Of a stretch of 64,000 bases of DNA, positions 58,834-64,000 are shown one piece after another. Every line of letters starts with the position of its first letter. Positions within the stretch are counted from its first letter, which is position 1. The DNA lies in the NCBI GenBank assembly GCA_018673215.1, contig JABHDE010000077.1, positions 3,827 through 67,826 on the forward strand. The letters run 5' to 3'. The position numbers and the translations under genes are program-made. Source of the DNA: Formosa sp. (GTDB lineage: Bacteria; Bacteroidota; Bacteroidia; Flavobacteriales; Flavobacteriaceae). The notes beneath the pieces were generated by a model. The model was given only the letters and a program-made list of their open reading frames with translations, ran no database searches and was not told where the DNA came from.

Positions 58834-61389
58834 TTGTTGAAGAAAACACTGATAAAAATAACCATCGCATTTGTAATGACTTGTTTTTTTACGGCATGTG
58901 ACGCTGTAAAACGGGTTGAAGCAACCGATTATTTATTGACTGAAAACAGTTTTTTTATCAACGGTGAGAAGAAAAAATCAGAAGAACTTACCAACTTATC
59001 ATTTCAGAAAAAAAACACCTCGTTCCTAGGGGCTCCTTTGGGACTGCATATCTATAATTTAGCACGTCCTCACAAAGATTCTATATTTAAAGCATGGCTT
59101 CAGAAAAACCCCAAACGAAAACAACGCTTAATTTCAAAGCTTTCAGAAAAACAACTTAATCAGTTAAAAACTTCGGCGATTGGATTTAATCGGTGGTTAA
59201 AAAACACAGGTGAAGCTCCCGTTCTGTTAGATTCTTTGAAAATAAATAAAACAAAACTAAACCTAGAACGGTATTATTTTGCAAATGGTTGGTTTGACCG
59301 AACTGTCAATTATAAGGTTGAGACCGTTGGATTAAAAAGAGCTGCACTGAAATTTGAAATCGAGACAGGAACTCCCTATTCTATAGGATCGCTTTCTGAG
59401 CGCATTGACTCCCCTGTAATCGACACATTATACAAAAACTTAAAACAAGGTTCTCACCTAAAAATAGAAGATCAGTTTAAGATATCTAATTTTGATAGTG
59501 AACGAAAGCGTCTGACCAATGCATTTAGGAATTCTGGAGTTTATCATTTTTCAGAACAATATCTCCGATACGAAAATGACACTATTGGAACACAAAACAA
59601 GGTCAATGTCTCAATGCAAATTCAAAATCGCATTATTCGTAACGACGATTCAATTGTGCGCGTTCCGTTTCAAACATATCGAATTAAAGAGGTAAATATA
59701 TATACAGATGCCACTTTTGAAAACCGCTCAAAAACTGTCTCAAAATCTGTTAGTTACAATACATATAATGTAAATGCTTATGAAAAATTAAAATACAGAC
59801 CCGAAGCCCTAACCGACGCTGTCCTAATCACAAAAGGCAGTGTTTATAAAGATTTGGATCTTGCACGGACCTATCGCTACCTAAATGAATTAAAAACATT
59901 TAAGTACCCTAACATCGAATACGTGGAAAACCCACAGGATACCACTTTAACCGCTAATATTTACCTAACACCAAAGAAGAAATACGGCTTAGGGTTTGAT
60001 GTAAGTGTCTCACAAAGTAATATTCAAAAAGTTGGACTTTCTTTTACCACTGGAATTGTCATTCGCAATGTTTTTAAAGGCGCTGAAACCCTTCAAATTT
60101 CGGCACTAGGAGCTGTTGGTGCGTCTAAGGATGGGGCCAGTGCAGAAGATCGATTTTTTGACATAAATGAGTTAGGTGTGGATGTTAAACTTAATATTCC
60201 TCGCTTATTTTTTCCTTTAAATACGGATAAAATCATCCCAAAATACATGTCACCGAGTACACAAATAAGTACTGGTTTTACAGGGCAAACAAATATTGGA
60301 CTGGACAAACAAACCTTCAATAGTGTTTTTAGATACAAGTGGTTTCCATCTGAAAAAATAACAAATACGCTTGATTTAGTCAACTTACAATACGTGAGAA
60401 ATCTAAATCCAACGAACTACTTTAGTGTATATCAAAATTCTTTCAACCGACTCCAATCTATTGCACTTGACTCCTACTCTACACCGGCTGATTTTTTTAA
60501 CACAAACGCTAATGGTCAGCAAACACTTTTAAAATCGCGAGCGGACGAATTCATCAATTTAGTGAATGGAGACATCTTATACAAGAATTCCAATCCAAAT
60601 GAGTACCAAACGGTTCGAAATATCCAGGAACGAAAAAGCCGACTGGTTCAAGATAATTTCATTTTGGCTAGTAATTTTAATTATGTTCGAAACAGCCGAG
60701 AGAATCCTTTTGATACAAACTTTTCAATATTTAGAGTAAAATTAGAGCTTGCAGGTAATTTACTTTATACCACTTCTAAACTCTTTGATCTTGAAAATAA
60801 TTCTGAGGGCGCTTATAAAATCAGTGGTGTTCCATTTTCTCAATATATTAAATCCGAAATAGATCATATCAAACTTTGGAATTTGGGACGAAGTAATGTT
60901 TTGGCATTGCGTAGTTTTTTCGGGATTGCAATTCCTTTAGGAAATTCAACAAGTATTCCGTTTTCAAAAAGTTTTTTTGCAGGGGGCTCTAACGACAACA
61001 GAGCCTGGACTGCTTATAATTTAGGTCCAGGTCGTTCAGATAACAACAATGAATTTAACGAAGCAAACATGAAGCTCGCTTTTAGTTTGGAATACCGTTA
61101 CAAATTATTTGGGAATTTGAATGGAGCTTTGTTTATGGATGCTGGTAATATTTGGAATGTCTTAGATGATGTTACAGACACAAAGGCTAATTTTGATTCT
61201 ATTAAATCTTTGGAAGATATTGCTATTGGATCTGGAATTGGTTTGCGTTATGACTTTAGCTTTTTTATCTTAAGGTTTGACACAGGATTTAAGGCTTACG
61301 AACCAACTTTCGGAGATCAAAATCGTTGGTTTAACAATTTTAATTTCAGTAATGCTGTTTATAATATTGGAATAAATTATCCCTTTTAG
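58834..61389 (+). CDS. Omp85-family lipoprotein (TamL/BamA-like)
   Basis: Lipobox FTAC, POTRA-like region, FFAGG...RAW, DAGNIW, GLRYD, terminal GINYPF. Confidence 0.87.
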   Translation: MLKKTLIKITIAFVMTCFFTACDAVKRVEATDYLLTENSFFINGEKKKSEELTNLSFQKKNTSFLGAPLGLHIYNLARPHKDSIFKAWLQKNPKRKQRLISKLSEKQLNQLKTSAIGFNRWLKNTGEAPVLLDSLKINKTKLNLERYYFANGWFDRTVNYKVETVGLKRAALKFEIETGTPYSIGSLSERIDSPVIDTLYKNLKQGSHLKIEDQFKISNFDSERKRLTNAFRNSGVYHFSEQYLRYENDTIGTQNKVNVSMQIQNRIIRNDDSIVRVPFQTYRIKEVNIYTDATFENRSKTVSKSVSYNTYNVNAYEKLKYRPEALTDAVLITKGSVYKDLDLARTYRYLNELKTFKYPNIEYVENPQDTTLTANIYLTPKKKYGLGFDVSVSQSNIQKVGLSFTTGIVIRNVFKGAETLQISALGAVGASKDGASAEDRFFDINELGVDVKLNIPRLFFPLNTDKIIPKYMSPSTQISTGFTGQTNIGLDKQTFNSVFRYKWFPSEKITNTLDLVNLQYVRNLNPTNYFSVYQNSFNRLQSIALDSYSTPADFFNTNANGQQTLLKSRADEFINLVNGDILYKNSNPNEYQTVRNIQERKSRLVQDNFILASNFNYVRNSRENPFDTNFSIFRVKLELAGNLLYTTSKLFDLENNSEGAYKISGVPFSQYIKSEIDHIKLWNLGRSNVLALRSFFGIAIPLGNSTSIPFSKSFFAGGSNDNRAWTAYNLGPGRSDNNNEFNEANMKLAFSLEYRYKLFGNLNGALFMDAGNIWNVLDDVTDTKANFDSIKSLEDIAIGSGIGLRYDFSFFILRFDTGFKAYEPTFGDQNRWFNNFNFSNAVYNIGINYPF

Positions 61390-61501
61390 AAATACCAGAT
61401 TAGCTATATCGTTTTCGTATAATAAACCGCTAATCAGCCCAATAATTTGCAGCAAATTACTAAAAATCATTACTTTTACGGCTCTAACAAAAACAAACAA
61501 A

Positions 61502-62569
61502 ATGAGTCACAACATCAAACCAGGCGTTGCTACAGGACGCGAAGTTCAAGAAATTTTTAAACTGGCCAAAGAAAAAGGATTCGCTCTTCCAGCGGTGAAT
61601 GTAATTGGCTCAAACACAATAAACGGTGTTCTTGAAACCGCAAAAGAATTAAATGCTCCCGTAATTATTCAGTTTTCTAACGGAGGCGGACAATTTAATG
61701 CAGGAAAAGGTCTTTCAAACGAAGGTCAAAAAGCAGCTATTGCAGGTTCAATTGCAGGAGCAAAACACATCCACGAAATGGCATTAGCCTATGGAGTTCC
61801 TGTCATCTTACATACCGATCACTGTTCAAAAAAATTATTACCTTGGATCGATGGGTTGTTAGACGCGAGTGAAGTTCATTTTGCGCAAACTGGCAAATCA
61901 TTATACAGCTCTCACATGATTGACTTATCTGAAGAGCCAATCGAAGAAAATATCGAAATCTGTAAAACCTATTTAGAACGAATGTCTAAAATGGGAATGA
62001 CATTAGAAATCGAATTAGGTATTACGGGTGGTGAAGAAGATGGAGTTGACAACAGCGATGTTGATGTCTCAAAACTATATACACAACCGGAAGAAGTAGC
62101 CTATGCCTACGAAGAGCTTAGCAAAGTAAGTGACCAATTTACGATTGCAGCTGCTTTTGGAAACGTGCACGGGGTATACAAGCCTGGTAATGTGAAATTA
62201 ACTCCAAAAATTCTTTTAAATTCTCAGGAATATATCACAAAAAAATACGGTGTTTCAGAAAACCATATTGATTTCGTATTTCATGGAGGATCAGGTTCTA
62301 CAGTAGAAGAAATCAGAGAAGGAATTTCTTACGGTGTTATCAAAATGAATATCGATACAGACATGCAATATGCATTTATGACTGGTATTCGCGACGATTT
62401 TAAAGCCAACGGAGAATATTTAGCTGCACAAATTGGAAATCCAGACGGAAGCGATTTACCTAACAAAAAATATTATGATCCAAGACGTTGGTTACGTGAA
62501 GGTGAAAAAGCATTCATTGCTAGACTTAAAAAAGCATTTGAAGATTTAAATAATGTCGATACATTATAA
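61502..62569 (+). CDS. fbaA: Class II fructose-bisphosphate aldolase
   Basis: HTDHC, SSHMIDLS, GGEEDG, FGNVHG, FHGGSG. Confidence 0.97.
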   Translation: MSHNIKPGVATGREVQEIFKLAKEKGFALPAVNVIGSNTINGVLETAKELNAPVIIQFSNGGGQFNAGKGLSNEGQKAAIAGSIAGAKHIHEMALAYGVPVILHTDHCSKKLLPWIDGLLDASEVHFAQTGKSLYSSHMIDLSEEPIEENIEICKTYLERMSKMGMTLEIELGITGGEEDGVDNSDVDVSKLYTQPEEVAYAYEELSKVSDQFTIAAAFGNVHGVYKPGNVKLTPKILLNSQEYITKKYGVSENHIDFVFHGGSGSTVEEIREGISYGVIKMNIDTDMQYAFMTGIRDDFKANGEYLAAQIGNPDGSDLPNKKYYDPRRWLREGEKAFIARLKKAFEDLNNVDTL

Positions 62570-62616
62570 AATTTGTGTAGTTTTGTACTTTAATTTTACC
62601 ATTTAGACACTAATAT

Positions 62617-63474
62617 ATGGCTTGGTTCAAAAGAAAAGACAAAGGAATTCAAACTCCAACAGAAGCAAAACGTGACACACCAAAGGGACTTTGGTACAAA
62701 TCACCTACTGGGAAAGTCATTGAAACGGATGAATTAGAAAGAAATTTCTATGTCAGCCCAGAAGATGGTTACCATGTACGTATTGGAAGTAATGAGTATT
62801 TTGAAATGCTTTTTGATGATAATAAATTTAGAGAGTTAGATGCAAACATCACTTCAAAAGACCCATTAAAGTTTATTGATAAGAAATCTTATTCAGACCG
62901 ATTAAAAGCAGCGCAATCAAAAACGAATCTAAATGATGCCGTTCGAACTGCTGTTGGCAAATCTAAGGGGAAAGACTTGGTCATAGCGTGTATGGATTTT
63001 AGTTTTATTGGTGGATCAATGGGGTCTGTAGTTGGAGAAAAAATTGCACGTGCAGCTGACCATGCACTTCATAACAATTTGCCTTTTATGATCATCTCAA
63101 AATCTGGAGGAGCTCGTATGATGGAAGCGGCATTATCACTCATGCAACTCGCAAAGACATCTGTAAAACTGGCACAACTTGCCGACGCAAACATCCCTTA
63201 TATCTCACTATGTACCGACCCTACAACAGGTGGCACAACTGCCTCATTTGCAATGTTAGGAGATATCAATATAAGCGAACCAGGAGCACTCATTGGGTTT
63301 GCAGGTCCTAGAGTGGTAAGGGATACCACTGGAAAAGAATTGCCAGATGGATTCCAAACTGCTGAATTTGTAAAGGAGCATGGCTTTTTAGATTTCATCA
63401 CACCACGATGTGAACTAAAAAACAAAGTAAACCAGTACATTGATTTAATATCAAACCAACCTCTTAGAGCCTAG
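62617..63474 (+). CDS. accD: Acetyl-CoA carboxylase carboxyltransferase beta subunit
   Basis: [33 protein letters not shown]. Confidence 0.96.
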   Translation: MAWFKRKDKGIQTPTEAKRDTPKGLWYKSPTGKVIETDELERNFYVSPEDGYHVRIGSNEYFEMLFDDNKFRELDANITSKDPLKFIDKKSYSDRLKAAQSKTNLNDAVRTAVGKSKGKDLVIACMDFSFIGGSMGSVVGEKIARAADHALHNNLPFMIISKSGGARMMEAALSLMQLAKTSVKLAQLADANIPYISLCTDPTTGGTTASFAMLGDINISEPGALIGFAGPRVVRDTTGKELPDGFQTAEFVKEHGFLDFITPRCELKNKVNQYIDLISNQPLRA

Positions 63475-63750
63475 TTCGTATTAGAGTCCAATAAAATTAT
63501 TAAAAATTAACCCATAATAAGAACAGGCTTTTAAAAATTAATGCTCTATTTATGGCATTGACAAGCCTCTTTTTTTGAGACAAACTTGAGACGTTACAAC
63601 AATAATGGGTGTATTGTAATTACGTCACAGCACAAAATAAATTCTAACAGAGCTAATTGTTTGTTTTTAAGCATTCTGACTGCCACAATAAGATATTTCA
63701 TTAGTTTAAATAATTTAAAGAACTACAAGGCATAACCAATAGAAAATCAC

Positions 63751-63815
63751 TATATTTGCAAACTAATTGCGAAAGACGTAGTTAACAGCATAAAAATTAT
63801 TTAAATAATATTGGA
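63751..63815 (+). promoter_or_regulatory. rpsO promoter (TATATTTG) and possible S15 autoregulatory leader
   Basis: -7 element followed by an imperfect hairpin AACTA..GC-GAAA-G..TAGTT in the 5' UTR. Confidence 0.45.
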
Positions 63816-64000
63816 ATGTATTTAACAAAAGAAGCTAAAGAGAAACTCTTTAAAAAACACGGAAAAGACGCCAAAGACACAGGGTCTTCAGAAGGTCAAA
63901 TTGCCTTATTTACGGAAAGAATCAATCACCTAACAGAGCATTTAAAACAAAATCGTAAAGATTATAATACAGAACGCTCATTAGTAAAACTGGTTGGAAA
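63816..64000 (+). CDS. rpsO: 30S ribosomal protein S15 (partial, runs off window; absent from the ORF track)
   Basis: Translates as MYLTKEAKEKLFKKHGKDAKDTGSSEGQIALFTERINHLTEHLKQNRKD.. Confidence 0.96.
   Translation, partial: MYLTKEAKEKLFKKHGKDAKDTGSSEGQIALFTERINHLTEHLKQNRKDYNTERSLVKLVG

Noticed and set aside
563-63440. Many 60-145 aa antisense or alternate-frame ORFs in the track (e.g. 1133-1471, 14634-15068, 55506-55928)
   Set aside because: They lie within well-supported genes, have no recognisable motifs, and are expected shadow ORFs
1-64000. CRISPR arrays, tRNA/rRNA genes, IS elements, integrases, prophage or defence systems
   Set aside because: No spaced direct repeats, cloverleaf motifs or transposase/integrase/phage proteins seen; intergenic gaps are short

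Overview
AT-rich, densely coding chromosomal segment of a Flavobacteriaceae (Bacteroidota) bacterium, probably marine. This is inferred from the Na+-NQR operon, T9SS genes, repeated TAnnTTTG promoter motifs and the lack of obvious Shine-Dalgarno sites. It is mostly housekeeping: birA (partial), rsfS, ftsH, cdsA, psd, valS, murB, lipA, gap, lpxK, gpmI, map, nqrABCDEF-apbE, pruA, rsmG, trkAH, ubiE/menG, porT, a TamL/BamA-like gene, fbaA, accD and rpsO (partial). I saw no rRNA, tRNA, CRISPR array, IS or prophage. Most notable: (1) a eukaryote-like kynurenine/3-hydroxyanthranilate operon with no meta-cleavage lower pathway but an atypical SDR (SNxxR instead of YxxxK), a candidate for the poorly defined reductive step to 2-oxoadipate, plus an abutting O-methyltransferase; (2) loss of Cys4 zinc sites in four unrelated proteins; (3) a full-length aspartyl-protease/PDZ gene broken only by three in-frame TAA codons; (4) an NqrM-like Cys4 membrane peptide and a degenerate PD-(D/E)xK-like protein that may serve Na+-NQR; (5) a TlpA plus Cys-tailed outer-membrane barrel pair; (6) a probable ATT start for gpmI and several possibly leaderless genes. 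All product calls come from motif recognition by eye; no searches were run.
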